Of a stretch of DNA of 20,322 nt, positions 7,105 to 15,894 are shown one piece after another (within the stretch, counting starts at the first letter, position 1; each line of letters begins with the position of its first letter). The DNA lies in sequence record NZ_CP096917.1. One strand, given 5' to 3'. Source of the DNA: a plasmid. A program made the position numbers and the translations under genes. The notes beneath the pieces were generated by a model, which made no database searches, was not told where the DNA came from, and saw only the letters and a list, made by a program, of their open reading frames with translations.

Positions 7105-10100
7105 ATGCTCTCCGCGAAGGTGATCGAGAACGCGCAACAGGCTGAACACTACTTCAGCCAGGACAACTACTACACGACCGAAGAAGGATTCGAGCAGTCC
7201 GCGTGGGCCGGTAAGGGCGCAGCGGCGCTGGGGTTGTCGGGTGGCGTTCATCGTGAGCAGTTCATGGAGCTGCTTGAGGGAAAGGTGGATGGCCAGGAGC
7301 TGGGCAAGTGGGTCAGGAACGAAGAGACTGGCCAGAAGGAGCGCGAACACCGCCCAGGAATAGACCTCACCTTTTCGGCCCCGAAAAGTGTTTCCTTGCT
7401 GGCTGAAGTCGCCGGCAACGAGGAAGTGAGCAAAGCCCATGATGTTGCGGTCGAGCGGGCCATTGCATACCTTGAACGTGTGGCCGCTCAGGCGCGGACT
7501 ACTGTTGATGGGGTTACGTCCCGAGAAGATACCGGCAACTTGGTCGTTGCCCAGTTTCGCCACGATACCAGCCGGGAACTTGATCCGCAGACCCATACCC
7601 ATGCGGTTGTTTTCAACCTTACCAAGCGTTCGGATGGTCAATGGCGCTCCCTTTCCAATGAGGAGTTGCTAGGCCACATCAAGGATGCCGGCGCCTACTA
7701 CCGCACCGAGCTGGCGGGGCAACTGTCTGCGCTGGGGTATGAAATCGAGCGCACGCACGCTGATGGGCGGTTCGAGGTAAAGGGCTTTACCAAGGAGCAG
7801 CTTGAGCACTTCAGCCAGCGCAGCGGGCAGATTGAGCATGCTTTGGCCGAGCGTGGGAAGAACCGTCAGACGGCTACTACCGAGGAAAAGCAGATGGCCG
7901 CCCTGGACACTCGCCAGGCGAAAAAAGAGGTGGATCGTGGCCCGCTGCGTGAGGAATGGCTTTCGCGTGCGAAAGATGTAGGGATCGAGTGGGACAAGAT
8001 ACCTCGTGACAAGGGCGTGACTTTCGCGCGCGAAAGTTCGGCAGAACTCTACCTCCGGGCTAAAGAGGCGGTTGATTACGCCACGAAGCACCTTAGCGAG
8101 CGGCAGGCAGCTTTTTCCGCAAAGGATCTGTATCGGCACGCCGTCGAGTTTGGGACTGGACGAACCACCATCCAGGCCATCGACAAGGCAATTCGTGAGT
8201 CCAAGAAGTCGGGCGACCTGATCCCGATCGGAGACAAGCAGGAACGACTGACCACCCGTGACGCTGTGACGGCAGAGCTGCGGATGCTGGATGCGCTCGA
8301 ACGCTCAAAGGGCGCGGTTTCTTCCGTGGTCGGCACCAACCGGCTAGATGCAAAGATCGAGGCGGCACAGAGCCGCTTGATCCGGGATGGCGTCATCGAT
8401 GCCCAGCTTAATGCCGGCCAGTTGGATGCAGCGAAACTGATCCTGGGCACCAATGATCGGTTTGTAGGCGTCCAGGGTTATGCCGGTACTGGCAAAACCA
8501 CAATGCTAAATGTGGTGAAGGCTGTTGCCGAAGAACAGGGATACGTGGTGCGTGGCCTCGCGCAAAGTGCTTCCGCTGCTGCCACGTTGGAGGCTGAAAC
8601 GGGGATCAAAAGCCAAACGGTGGAGAGCTTCCTCCTGGAGCGCCAGAGAGAGCGGGAAAAGGCCGAGAAAGAGGCGGAGCGCACCGCCAAGAGCAGTGAC
8701 AAGGACAAGCCAACCAGCCGGGATGTGATGGGGAATCGCTACCTGGAGATTCCGGGCGGAATGTTCAAGGAGCGGCAATTGTTGGTTGCTCGCGGAACCG
8801 TTACCAATGCGCTGGCCCTGGAAGCCGTGGACAGACTCCGCGAAATGAGGCCCAAAAACGCCTTGGCCAAAGAGGTGCGTGCCCATGCTCTTGCTACAGC
8901 CCGTGGCATGGTGAAGTGGGAGCGGGCAAGCACGACTGACCAAGTTCTTTTCAGAGCGGCCGAGGTGGCCTCCAAGGTGAAATCGCTTTTCCAAGGGGAG
9001 AAGCCACAGGAAGCAGCGAAGCCAAAGGGCGAAATCTGGACTGTTGATGAGGCCAGTTTGTTGGGGCAACGGGACATCAACCGCCTGTTGGCAGAGGCCG
9101 AGCGAGTCGGGGCCAGGGTTCAGTTCACGGGTGATGTTCGCCAGCTATCGGCTGTCAGCGCTGGCAAGCCGTTCGAGGTTATGCAAACGGCAGGTGGCAT
9201 GCAGACGGCCAAGATGACGGAGATTCACCGCCAGAAGAACGACCTACTCAAAGACACCGTTGCCGACATTATCGAGAAGCGCGAGCAGGATGCTTTCAAG
9301 AAGCTGGCCGGGAATACCGTCGAGCTGAAAGACAACGAGAAGTTGATAGCCCGCATCGTGGCGGATGTCCGCCAGGACGTTGGCCGGGAGATTCGGCACG
9401 AACTGTCTGGCGCTGGTGAAAAGTCCCACAAAGACACTTTGGTCATCACAGCCTTGAATGAAGACCGCCGGGCTATCAATAACGGCGTGCGGCAGGCGCT
9501 CAAGGAAGATGGCGTTATCTCTGGCCAGGCCCGTGATACCGAGGTGTTGGTTAATCGAGGCATGACCAAAGCGCAGGCATCCCACGCACAGAACTACCAC
9601 GAAGGCGACGTGGTGCGGTTTGGGCGTGACTATGAACGCCTCGGGGTGAAGGGTGGCGAGTATGCCCGCGTGGTTGGCGTGAGCGACCTTGGCACCGTAA
9701 AGCTGCAAAAAGCGGACGGGCAAACCCTGGACTGGCGACCCGCACAGACCTCAAAAATTGAGGTGTTCCATGCCGAGCGCCGGGAGCTGCAAGCCGGAGA
9801 CAAGATCAGATTCACGCGCAATGACAAGGATCGTGGCTTGAACAACGGCGATGTTGCCTATGTGAAAGCAATCAACGGCGACAAGGCCACGGTGCAGTTA
9901 AAGGGCAAGACCGTTGCGATTGATCTGCGCGAGGTCAAGCACCTGGACTACGCCTACGCATCCACGATCCATTCCAGCCAGGGGAAAACAGTGGACGCGA
10001 CCGCCTTCCACGTCCGGGGGAAGTCCGGCCAGGTCTTTGGCGACCGGGCCTTCTACGTTGGCGCAACCCGCTCTAGGCACGAGCTGCGCATCTACACCGA

Positions 10101-10215
10101 CGACAAAGACGCCGCATTGCGCGCTGTTTCCCGAGATCAGCACAAGGCGAGCGCATTGGAAGAGTTGAAGCAAGGCCAGAGCGCCGGCCGCCAGCGATCC
10201 GGGTATTCACGATAA
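7105..10215 (+). CDS. trwC: MOBF relaxase-helicase (TrwC/TraI family)
   Basis: 1036 aa. N-terminal relaxase motifs (GLDLTFSAPKSVS, RHDTSRELDPQTHTHAVVFN), C-terminal helicase Walker A (GYAGTGKTT) and TIHSSQGKTVD motif. Overall colinear with R388 TrwC. Confidence 0.93.
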   Translation: MLSAKVIENAQQAEHYFSQDNYYTTEEGFEQSAWAGKGAAALGLSGGVHREQFMELLEGKVDGQELGKWVRNEETGQKEREHRPGIDLTFSAPKSVSLLAEVAGNEEVSKAHDVAVERAIAYLERVAAQARTTVDGVTSREDTGNLVVAQFRHDTSRELDPQTHTHAVVFNLTKRSDGQWRSLSNEELLGHIKDAGAYYRTELAGQLSALGYEIERTHADGRFEVKGFTKEQLEHFSQRSGQIEHALAERGKNRQTATTEEKQMAALDTRQAKKEVDRGPLREEWLSRAKDVGIEWDKIPRDKGVTFARESSAELYLRAKEAVDYATKHLSERQAAFSAKDLYRHAVEFGTGRTTIQAIDKAIRESKKSGDLIPIGDKQERLTTRDAVTAELRMLDALERSKGAVSSVVGTNRLDAKIEAAQSRLIRDGVIDAQLNAGQLDAAKLILGTNDRFVGVQGYAGTGKTTMLNVVKAVAEEQGYVVRGLAQSASAAATLEAETGIKSQTVESFLLERQREREKAEKEAERTAKSSDKDKPTSRDVMGNRYLEIPGGMFKERQLLVARGTVTNALALEAVDRLREMRPKNALAKEVRAHALATARGMVKWERASTTDQVLFRAAEVASKVKSLFQGEKPQEAAKPKGEIWTVDEASLLGQRDINRLLAEAERVGARVQFTGDVRQLSAVSAGKPFEVMQTAGGMQTAKMTEIHRQKNDLLKDTVADIIEKREQDAFKKLAGNTVELKDNEKLIARIVADVRQDVGREIRHELSGAGEKSHKDTLVITALNEDRRAINNGVRQALKEDGVISGQARDTEVLVNRGMTKAQASHAQNYHEGDVVRFGRDYERLGVKGGEYARVVGVSDLGTVKLQKADGQTLDWRPAQTSKIEVFHAERRELQAGDKIRFTRNDKDRGLNNGDVAYVKAINGDKATVQLKGKTVAIDLREVKHLDYAYASTIHSSQGKTVDATAFHVRGKSGQVFGDRAFYVGATRSRHELRIYTDDKDAALRAVSRDQHKASALEELKQGQSAGRQRSGYSR
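7960..7975. repeat. Dispersed palindrome copy 3 (CTTTCGCGTGCGAAAG), inside trwC
   Basis: Encodes LSRAK within the relaxase-helicase linker. Confidence 0.8.
8019..8037. repeat. Dispersed palindrome copy 4 (GACTTTCGCGCGCGAAAGT), inside trwC
   Basis: Encodes VTFARES. 60 bp downstream of copy 3. Confidence 0.8.
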
Positions 10216-10224
10216 GGAGGAAGA

Positions 10225-11352
10225 ATGGAAAAACGATTCAGATTGACTTTGTTGGCTGGGGCGATGCTTGCCCTGTCGATGGGGGCTTACGGCCAGAAGA
10301 TGACCGACCAGGTTATCCAGCAGCAGAGGGCCGAGGCCATGAAAACCCCCTTTCAAGTTCGTCAGGAGAAGAACGAGGCCGATTACAAGAAGGCTAGGAG
10401 CTTCCTGGACGCCGGGAATTACACGGCGGCAATCCCCTACCTTCAGGCAGCGGCCGAACGTGACCACCTAGATTCAATACTTGAGCTGGGCATGATCTAT
10501 GAGGATGGGAAAGGGGTTCCCGTCAACATGGCTAAGGCACAGGAGTATTACGTTCGTGTAGCCGAACGGCACCCGGACATCACGCTAAAAATCAAGGCCG
10601 CGCAGCTCTTTTGTGGTGGCGAAGGGCTGTATGCCAATGATGGTGTGATCCGTGACCCTGAGCGCGGCTTGGCGATTCTGGCCAAAGAGTACAGCCGGGA
10701 ATGGAAGGTCGAAATGGACTGGTGGAAGTACGTGTGCTACACGCGGACGGCCAGCCCTGACCCCAAAAAAGCCGGGCAAATGCTCAATGAGGCAGCGAGT
10801 TATCTGACCGGCGGTGATCGGGATAACACCATCAACGACAAGGCGGTGAAGAAGGTCAAAGACGAGATTTTCAATCGGGTCTATGCCTTTCGTTTGTATG
10901 ACCGCGATGGAGCCTTGAAGAAGTACGGCGCGGCTGCCGAGGCCGGCGACAGCACGGCCCAGCGCGCACTGTACGAGGCATATAGCGATGGCCGCGGCGC
11001 ACCGCAGAGCAGGCAGCTTGCCTTTGAGTGGATCATGAAAGCCGCATCGACTGGCGATGGCTTTGCCGAAACCGTTGTCGGTGAAGCCTACCTGAATGGA
11101 TACACCCCCGTTGACCGCGATTACCAAGCGGCGATCCAGTGGCTCACGAAAGGCGCAGAGCATGGCCAGTGGCTTGCAGCCTGGATGTTGAGCGACCTCT
11201 ACAAAAAAGGTCTTGGTGGCAAGCCTGACAGCAGCCGCGCGCAATTTTGGGCGAACCGTTGCAACGAGCTGGGCGGGAAGTGCGGCGGACAGCGCCAGAC
11301 GGTTGCACCTGGTGCGCAAGGGTCGGCCATTAAGAGGGCTTTTCAGCAATGA
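10225..11352 (+). CDS. Exported Sel1-repeat (SLR/TPR-like) protein
   Basis: Signal peptide MEKRFRLTLLAGAMLALSMGAYG. Several Sel1-like repeats (e.g. LGMIYEDGKGVPVNMAKAQEYY, AEAGDSTAQRALYEAYSDGRG, GEAYLNGYTPVDRDYQAAIQWLTKGAEHG). RBS AAGGAGGA. Start is 9 bp after the trwC stop. Confidence 0.8.
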   Translation: MEKRFRLTLLAGAMLALSMGAYGQKMTDQVIQQQRAEAMKTPFQVRQEKNEADYKKARSFLDAGNYTAAIPYLQAAAERDHLDSILELGMIYEDGKGVPVNMAKAQEYYVRVAERHPDITLKIKAAQLFCGGEGLYANDGVIRDPERGLAILAKEYSREWKVEMDWWKYVCYTRTASPDPKKAGQMLNEAASYLTGGDRDNTINDKAVKKVKDEIFNRVYAFRLYDRDGALKKYGAAAEAGDSTAQRALYEAYSDGRGAPQSRQLAFEWIMKAASTGDGFAETVVGEAYLNGYTPVDRDYQAAIQWLTKGAEHGQWLAAWMLSDLYKKGLGGKPDSSRAQFWANRCNELGGKCGGQRQTVAPGAQGSAIKRAFQQ

Positions 11353-12503
11353 GGCGGGCTATCGTTTTTTTAGCCGTGATGGGCATTGCGGCCGGTGCGA
11401 GTGCTGCGAGTGTTGGCACGGAAACGCGGGAAGGCACCGACACGAAGCAGGGACAGACGATTGAGAACAGCCAAAACATCCAGCTCCGCAAGGGCAACAG
11501 CAAGCGGAATGTGACGGGTTCTGATCGCCGGGCCGCTGAGGAACGGGCACGCGAGAAGCGCCAGACCGATGACATTTCGGCCGAGCTGCAAGGAGCCGCG
11601 CTTTTCATCCCCATGCTTCAGGAGATCGAGCAGGGGCAGGTTGATACAGGGAGCAATCCTGTAGCCGAGTTGTTCCAGAGCTGCCGCTTCTTCACCAGCG
11701 CCCAGCCGGTTCCCGTAGCCCTGGGGGCTTCTCCGTCCCCAATGGAGGTGAACTACTTGGCAGGCGGCGATGTGTCGCTGGTTTGGGGCGCTCAAAACTC
11801 GGAAGTCAGCATATCCGCGAACGACAAAATTACTGTTCGCAGTTCTGATCCGGCTGTGCCGCGCGTGCGGGTATCTGGTGCATCTATCTGGCAGCGGTAC
11901 TACTGGCACGAGACAGCCAGTCTTTTCCGAGTAGGGGCAGCGCGTGACATTGCCCGCTGCTATTTCGCCTATGGGCTGACGATAGCCGGGGCCATGAAGA
12001 ATCTTGCCCAGGGGGGCCGTTTCCAGGAAACCAAGCTCAGTGAAAAGGTTGTGTTGGTTCGTGGCGACCTTCAAGAAAGGGCCGCCGGCGCGCTTGTCGC
12101 GGCCATGCGGGCACCGTCGCTACGCAAGGAGATCGAGGCCAACACCCTGCGCGTGACAAGTGCCGATTGCATTCTCCCCACCTTGGCCGGCTTGAACCAA
12201 GGCAGCACGGAGTGGCAATGCGGGAGCCTGAAGGTTGATCCCAGCCGAGTCATGGCCACCCTTGGGGGAATGACAGTGCTTGGCGAAAACCAATTCATGG
12301 GCCAGCGCCTGGCATTTGCACAAGTGACCGGGCAGAGCGTGACGGCACGCTCCAGCAACAGCCGTTCTACCTATGCCTCCCAAGATGCCACCAGCGAGAC
12401 CGGCCAGGATGTTTCGATGGCCAAGCGCAAGAGCACCACGGTTGACCGTTCGACTACGACCGGCGCGTCTGGCAAGGCCGATACCAACGCAACCCCGAAA
12501 TAA
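11349..12503 (+). CDS. Exported hypothetical protein (384 aa) with Ser/Thr-rich C-terminal tail
   Basis: Signal peptide MRRAIVFLAVMGIAAGASAAS. Start overlaps the upstream stop (ATGA). No recognisable family. Confidence 0.65.
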   Translation: MRRAIVFLAVMGIAAGASAASVGTETREGTDTKQGQTIENSQNIQLRKGNSKRNVTGSDRRAAEERAREKRQTDDISAELQGAALFIPMLQEIEQGQVDTGSNPVAELFQSCRFFTSAQPVPVALGASPSPMEVNYLAGGDVSLVWGAQNSEVSISANDKITVRSSDPAVPRVRVSGASIWQRYYWHETASLFRVGAARDIARCYFAYGLTIAGAMKNLAQGGRFQETKLSEKVVLVRGDLQERAAGALVAAMRAPSLRKEIEANTLRVTSADCILPTLAGLNQGSTEWQCGSLKVDPSRVMATLGGMTVLGENQFMGQRLAFAQVTGQSVTARSSNSRSTYASQDATSETGQDVSMAKRKSTTVDRSTTTGASGKADTNATPK

Positions 12504-12512
12504 GGAAATTCA

Positions 12513-12872
12513 ATGAAAGCCCTTACTGGAGCACTCATCGGCACAGGCGCAGGCGCGATTGTGCTACTGGCGTACCTCTCTCTTGGCCAGCAGGCGGAAA
12601 CGAAGAAAGAGATCCAAGTCGACAAAGCCAAGATCGAGCTGGAACAGGCCCGGTTCGATAAGCAGTTTGACGAGAAGTGGGCCGAGTTCGACGGGAAGAA
12701 GCCATCGAAAGAGGCGAAGGAAGCCCATGAGGAACGCATCCGGGAGGCCGGTAAGGACTTGGCCCAGGCGCGGGATGCTCTCGGGGTTGCATCGGCCAAG
12801 AACGCCAGCGACCTGGCCGAGATGAAAGCGGCCATCGATGCGATGGACAAAGAGTCCGCACCGCGCAAGTGA
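12513..12872 (+). CDS. Small membrane-anchored coiled-coil protein (119 aa)
   Basis: N-terminal hydrophobic helix (ALIGTGAGAIVLLAYLSL), then a K/E-rich coiled coil. RBS AAGGAAA. Confidence 0.6.
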   Translation: MKALTGALIGTGAGAIVLLAYLSLGQQAETKKEIQVDKAKIELEQARFDKQFDEKWAEFDGKKPSKEAKEAHEERIREAGKDLAQARDALGVASAKNASDLAEMKAAIDAMDKESAPRK

Positions 12873-12883
12873 AGGGGGGAAAC

Positions 12884-13573
12884 ATGAAACGCACTATCAC
12901 AGCCGCCTTGCTTATCTCATTGGGCCTTGGCGCTCATGCGACGGATGCCCCTTCGGCCGAGCCGATCCCGGCAACGGAGGCCAGCAGCGGCGGCATCAAG
13001 TTCGACCAGGTAGAGAGTCGCGGGGCCATGTCTCTGCCAGCCGGCACCAAGTCTGTGCCCCTGTACGTGGATTTCCAGGGTAGCCCGAAGCTGACGCGCC
13101 AACTCTCCGAGCAACTGGAGGCGATGGGCTGGCAGGTGACGGATGACCGCAATGCCACCCACTCCCTGACGGCGAAGGGCGAACTTCACGTTTGGGGCAA
13201 GGGATACGGCCTTGGCAGTAGTTCCCGTGTCACGGCCACGCTGGCCAGCTTTGTCGAGGAAAACAAAGTGCCCACCAGGCCAAAGCCTGGCGGCCTGTTT
13301 GGTGCCCTTGGCTCCATGCGGGAGAGCTTCAATTCTGCTGTCTCCGGATCGCCGGATGGTTGGTGCCTTTCCGACCAATGCCGCTTTGTCTGGCAGACCG
13401 CTGTTATCACGATGACCTATCGCAGCGCCAATAAAGACCAGCGCCTTGACGTGTCCGTGCGTGCCTCCGGCGACGCCTTGAACCTTGATGCCGTGGTGGC
13501 CGAGGCTGTCCGCAATTCGTTCTCTGCCATCAAGGCAAGTCCCGATCCTGTTGCTTCTACTCAAACCATGTGA
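12884..13573 (+). CDS. Exported hypothetical protein (about 229 aa)
   Basis: Signal peptide MKRTITAALLISLGLGAHA-TD. Alternative start at 12869 overlaps the upstream stop. RBS GGGGGGAAA. Confidence 0.65.
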   Translation: MKRTITAALLISLGLGAHATDAPSAEPIPATEASSGGIKFDQVESRGAMSLPAGTKSVPLYVDFQGSPKLTRQLSEQLEAMGWQVTDDRNATHSLTAKGELHVWGKGYGLGSSSRVTATLASFVEENKVPTRPKPGGLFGALGSMRESFNSAVSGSPDGWCLSDQCRFVWQTAVITMTYRSANKDQRLDVSVRASGDALNLDAVVAEAVRNSFSAIKASPDPVASTQTM

Positions 13574-13587
13574 AAGGAAAACCAGCC

Positions 13588-14130
13588 ATGAAGATCAAGA
13601 ACCTTCTCTCCATCATCGCCGTTGCCGCAATCGCGCAAGGCGCATTTGCGGCCGAGATCGACGCCGTAACCCTCTCCCACGATGGCCGCATTCTGCGCGC
13701 TCAGGGAGCGCCGGCAGCCGTCCAGGTTGCGGCTTTCAGCAGTACGGCCCCGGACTCGGTGCCGGCGACGTGCAAGGTGTTTGACATGGCCGGCTTTCTG
13801 AACCGGGACGATGCCAAGCCTGCGCTGCCTGTGGTCGAGGGGGTTCCCTATGGTTCCCGTCTCGTTTCTGCCTGGCACGAAGCGGCCGGCATTGTCGGCC
13901 GCGCGCCGGACTCCATGTTTTTCTGCATGACCAAGGACGGTGAACGGATGTTCGGAGAGGGTACGAGCTTCAACCCGTCCTATGAGTACCGGAAGGCGGC
14001 CGGCGCAGCGCCGGAGCGCGGCCAGATCGTCAGTGTGATCGGCGGCAGTGTGGTGATCGGTGTTGTGTTCTGGAACCCGGTGACGCCGGTTGCCGAATCC
14101 AAGTACGTCTCCATGAACTTCGGCCGCTGA
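13588..14130 (+). CDS. Exported hypothetical protein (about 180 aa)
   Basis: Signal peptide MKIKNLLSIIAVAAIAQGAFA-AE. Alternative start at 13570 overlaps the upstream stop. RBS AAAGGAAA. Confidence 0.65.
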   Translation: MKIKNLLSIIAVAAIAQGAFAAEIDAVTLSHDGRILRAQGAPAAVQVAAFSSTAPDSVPATCKVFDMAGFLNRDDAKPALPVVEGVPYGSRLVSAWHEAAGIVGRAPDSMFFCMTKDGERMFGEGTSFNPSYEYRKAAGAAPERGQIVSVIGGSVVIGVVFWNPVTPVAESKYVSMNFGR

Positions 14131-14147
14131 CTTTCGCGCGCGAAAGT
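14129..14147. repeat. Dispersed palindrome copy 5 (GACTTTCGCGCGCGAAAGT)
   Basis: Overlaps the stop codon of the last exported-protein gene. Confidence 0.8.
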
Positions 14148-14157
14148 GGAGGCTGGC

Positions 14158-14177
14158 GACTTTCGCATGCGAAAGTC
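14158..14177. repeat. Dispersed palindrome copy 6 (GACTTTCGCATGCGAAAGTC, AT centre variant)
   Basis: 29 bp from copy 5. Upstream of the eamA-like gene. Confidence 0.8.
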
Positions 14178-14212
14178 TGCTGGCCAGTCTATCGACTATC
14201 CAAGGATTGAAA

Positions 14213-15112
14213 ATGAGTTCAGGCTTTGCTCTCGGTAACAACCGGCCTCAGTGGGCCGACTGGCATTTCGCCCTGCCGCTTCTTTTTGTGGTGCTCTACG
14301 GCTCTGGTTTCGTTGGGGCCAAGCTGGGGCTTCCCGATGCCGGCCCCTTTACCTTCCTCGCGCTGCGCTTTGCGCTGGCCTCGATCATCATGGTTGTGAT
14401 CGCCCTGGCCATCAAAGCACCGTGGCCAACCACCCCGAAAGAGTGGCTGCACATTGCCGGTGCCGGGTTCTTCGGTGTGGGGGTTTTTTCGGCTGCGGCT
14501 TTCTCCAGTATCGCGCTGGGTGTGCCGCCCGCCGTTTCCGCCCTGATCGTGGCGCTTAACCCCATCGTGGTGGCTTTGGCAGCGGGGCCGCTCCTGGGCG
14601 AGCGCACCAACTACCGCCAGCTCCTGGGGTTGCTGCTGGGCTTCTGCGGCGTTTATCTGGTCTTGCGGGATCGGCTTGGGGTCGATGCGGGCTATACCAC
14701 GGCGGTACTGTTGTCCGTGCTGGCCCTGCTGGGCCTGGCTGTCGGCAACCTGTACCAGAAAAAGCACTGCACCAGCATGAACCTTTTTACCGGGGGAGCC
14801 TTGCAGTGCTGCGTGTGCGCCCTGGCCATGAGTGCGGGCATGATGATCTTTGACGAAGGCCCGGTTCACTGGACGGCTGAATTCATGGTGGCTTGGTTCT
14901 GGATGGCCATTGCTGTTTCGATTGGGGCTGTCAGCATCCTCTACATCATGATCCGCCGCGCCGAGGTCAGCCGGGTGGCCAGTGTGTTTTTCCTGATGCC
15001 GGTTAGCGCCGCTGTGATTGCCTATGCACTCTTTGGCCAAGCACTGACGGCCAGCGCGTTCCTGGGCATGGGCGTTACGGTTGCCGGCGTGATGCTGGCC
15101 CAGCGTAGGTAA
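14213..15112 (+). CDS. EamA/DMT-superfamily transporter (10 TMS-type)
   Basis: About 300 aa with repeated hydrophobic helices typical of EamA (e.g. GVYLVLRDRLG, FWMAIAVSIGAVSILYIMIRR). ATG at 14213 with RBS AAGGA. The ORF tracker's TTG start at 14207 is rejected. Confidence 0.8.
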   Translation: MSSGFALGNNRPQWADWHFALPLLFVVLYGSGFVGAKLGLPDAGPFTFLALRFALASIIMVVIALAIKAPWPTTPKEWLHIAGAGFFGVGVFSAAAFSSIALGVPPAVSALIVALNPIVVALAAGPLLGERTNYRQLLGLLLGFCGVYLVLRDRLGVDAGYTTAVLLSVLALLGLAVGNLYQKKHCTSMNLFTGGALQCCVCALAMSAGMMIFDEGPVHWTAEFMVAWFWMAIAVSIGAVSILYIMIRRAEVSRVASVFFLMPVSAAVIAYALFGQALTASAFLGMGVTVAGVMLAQRR

Positions 15113-15119
15113 GCCTCAT

Positions 15120-15137
15120 TCGTCTATCGCCGTACAT
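15120..15137. repeat. Left 18-bp inverted repeat flanking the RHH gene (TCGTCTATCGCCGTACAT)
   Basis: 17 of 18 positions form an inverted repeat with 15401-15418. Ends 12 bp before the RHH gene start. Confidence 0.75.
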
Positions 15138-15149
15138 TGGGAGAGAAGC

Positions 15150-15401
15150 ATGGAAAACCAACTTTTGGCCCCAGAGGCTGGCCAGGCAGAGCCGAAAGCG
15201 AAGCCGAGCAAGCGCCGGCGTGGCTCCATCTACAAAGACAGGCAGGTAGTGAGTTTGCGGCTTCCAGAGGGCTTGCACGCCGATCTACTGGCCTTTGCCG
15301 ACGAGCAGCAGGTGGTTTTGAATACGTACATCCTCGGACTGGTGGAGGCTGACTTGGCCGAGCGCCGGAAACTTTCGCGTGCGAAAGCCGGGAAAAAGTG
15401 A
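15150..15401 (+). CDS. Ribbon-helix-helix (CopG/Arc/ParG-like) DNA-binding protein
   Basis: 83 aa. Flexible basic N-terminus, then VVSLRLPEGLHADLLAFADEQQVVLNTYILGLVEADL (beta-alpha-alpha RHH pattern). RBS GGGAGAGAAG. Confidence 0.7.
   Translation: MENQLLAPEAGQAEPKAKPSKRRRGSIYKDRQVVSLRLPEGLHADLLAFADEQQVVLNTYILGLVEADLAERRKLSRAKAGKK
15371..15387. repeat. Dispersed palindrome copy 7 (ACTTTCGCGTGCGAAAG), inside the 3' end of the RHH gene
   Basis: Encodes KLSRAKAG. Confidence 0.8.
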
Positions 15402-15418
15402 TGTACCGCGATAGACGA
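15401..15418. repeat. Right 18-bp inverted repeat flanking the RHH gene (ATGTACCGCGATAGACGA)
   Basis: Begins at the last base of the RHH stop codon. Confidence 0.75.
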
Positions 15419-15426
15419 GTCCGGCC

Positions 15427-15445
15427 GACTTTCGCGCGCGAAAGT
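15427..15445. repeat. Dispersed palindrome copy 8 (GACTTTCGCGCGCGAAAGT)
   Basis: Shares a 22-bp identical stretch, including the 3' flank GTTCG, with copy 4. Confidence 0.8.
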
Positions 15446-15480
15446 TCGTCCGTGTCGGTGACACTGAAGCGAGGCGGGAC

Positions 15481-15894
15481 ATGAAAGACCGATGCCACGA
15501 TGAAGCAATGGCCGAGATGTTCAAGGAAGACCCAGCCTTTGCGGTCGAGCTGGTAAACAGCATCCTTGACGATGGCGACCAGGACGATTTGCAGATTGCC
15601 TTTCGGCAGATTGACAAGGCCGGGCTTTTTGACCGTGCCGGCGTGCTGTACGAGGTGGCTTGTGATGTCATTGGGGCGATCATCGCCCACTACTCCGAAG
15701 CACTCGCCCAAGAGCGCGGGAAGCCGGTTCCCGATGCTGCGGCCGTGGAACGGATCGAGGCCGCCAAGCGCGCCTTGCGGCTTGAGCGCGACGAGCTGGA
15801 CACCTCGAATGCAGAGGCAATCAAGTCAGTGATTCAGAAGTATGGGCCACAGGCGCGGGAACTCTACCAAGCCGGTAATGGGAGGCCGGTGTGA
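15481..15894 (+). CDS. Hypothetical acidic protein (137 aa). N-terminal stretch resembles 'addiction module antidote' proteins but lacks an evident HTH.
   Basis: EDPAFAVELVNSILDDGDQDDLQIAFRQIDKAG resembles the N-terminal region of ParE/RelE-partner antidote proteins. C-terminal part is a predicted coiled coil. Stop overlaps the next start (GTGA). Confidence 0.6.
   Translation: MKDRCHDEAMAEMFKEDPAFAVELVNSILDDGDQDDLQIAFRQIDKAGLFDRAGVLYEVACDVIGAIIAHYSEALAQERGKPVPDAAAVERIEAAKRALRLERDELDTSNAEAIKSVIQKYGPQARELYQAGNGRPV

Noticed and set aside
6512-7641. Minus-strand ORFs of 175 and 202 aa overlapping trwB/trwC
   Set aside because: Antisense to confidently identified coupling-protein and relaxase genes. 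No family resemblance.
10585-12074. Minus-strand ORFs of 254 and 234 aa overlapping the Sel1 gene and the second exported-protein gene
   Set aside because: The plus-strand genes show Sel1 repeats, signal peptides, RBSs and operon-style start/stop overlaps. The antisense ORFs have none of these.
12917-13564. 215-aa minus-strand ORF antisense to the fourth exported-protein gene
   Set aside because: Arg/Gly-rich artefact. The plus-strand ORF has a signal peptide and operon context.
14219-15040. 273-aa minus-strand ORF antisense to the EamA transporter gene
   Set aside because: Highly charged, His/Gly/Arg-rich translation, typical of the opposite strand of a membrane-protein gene.
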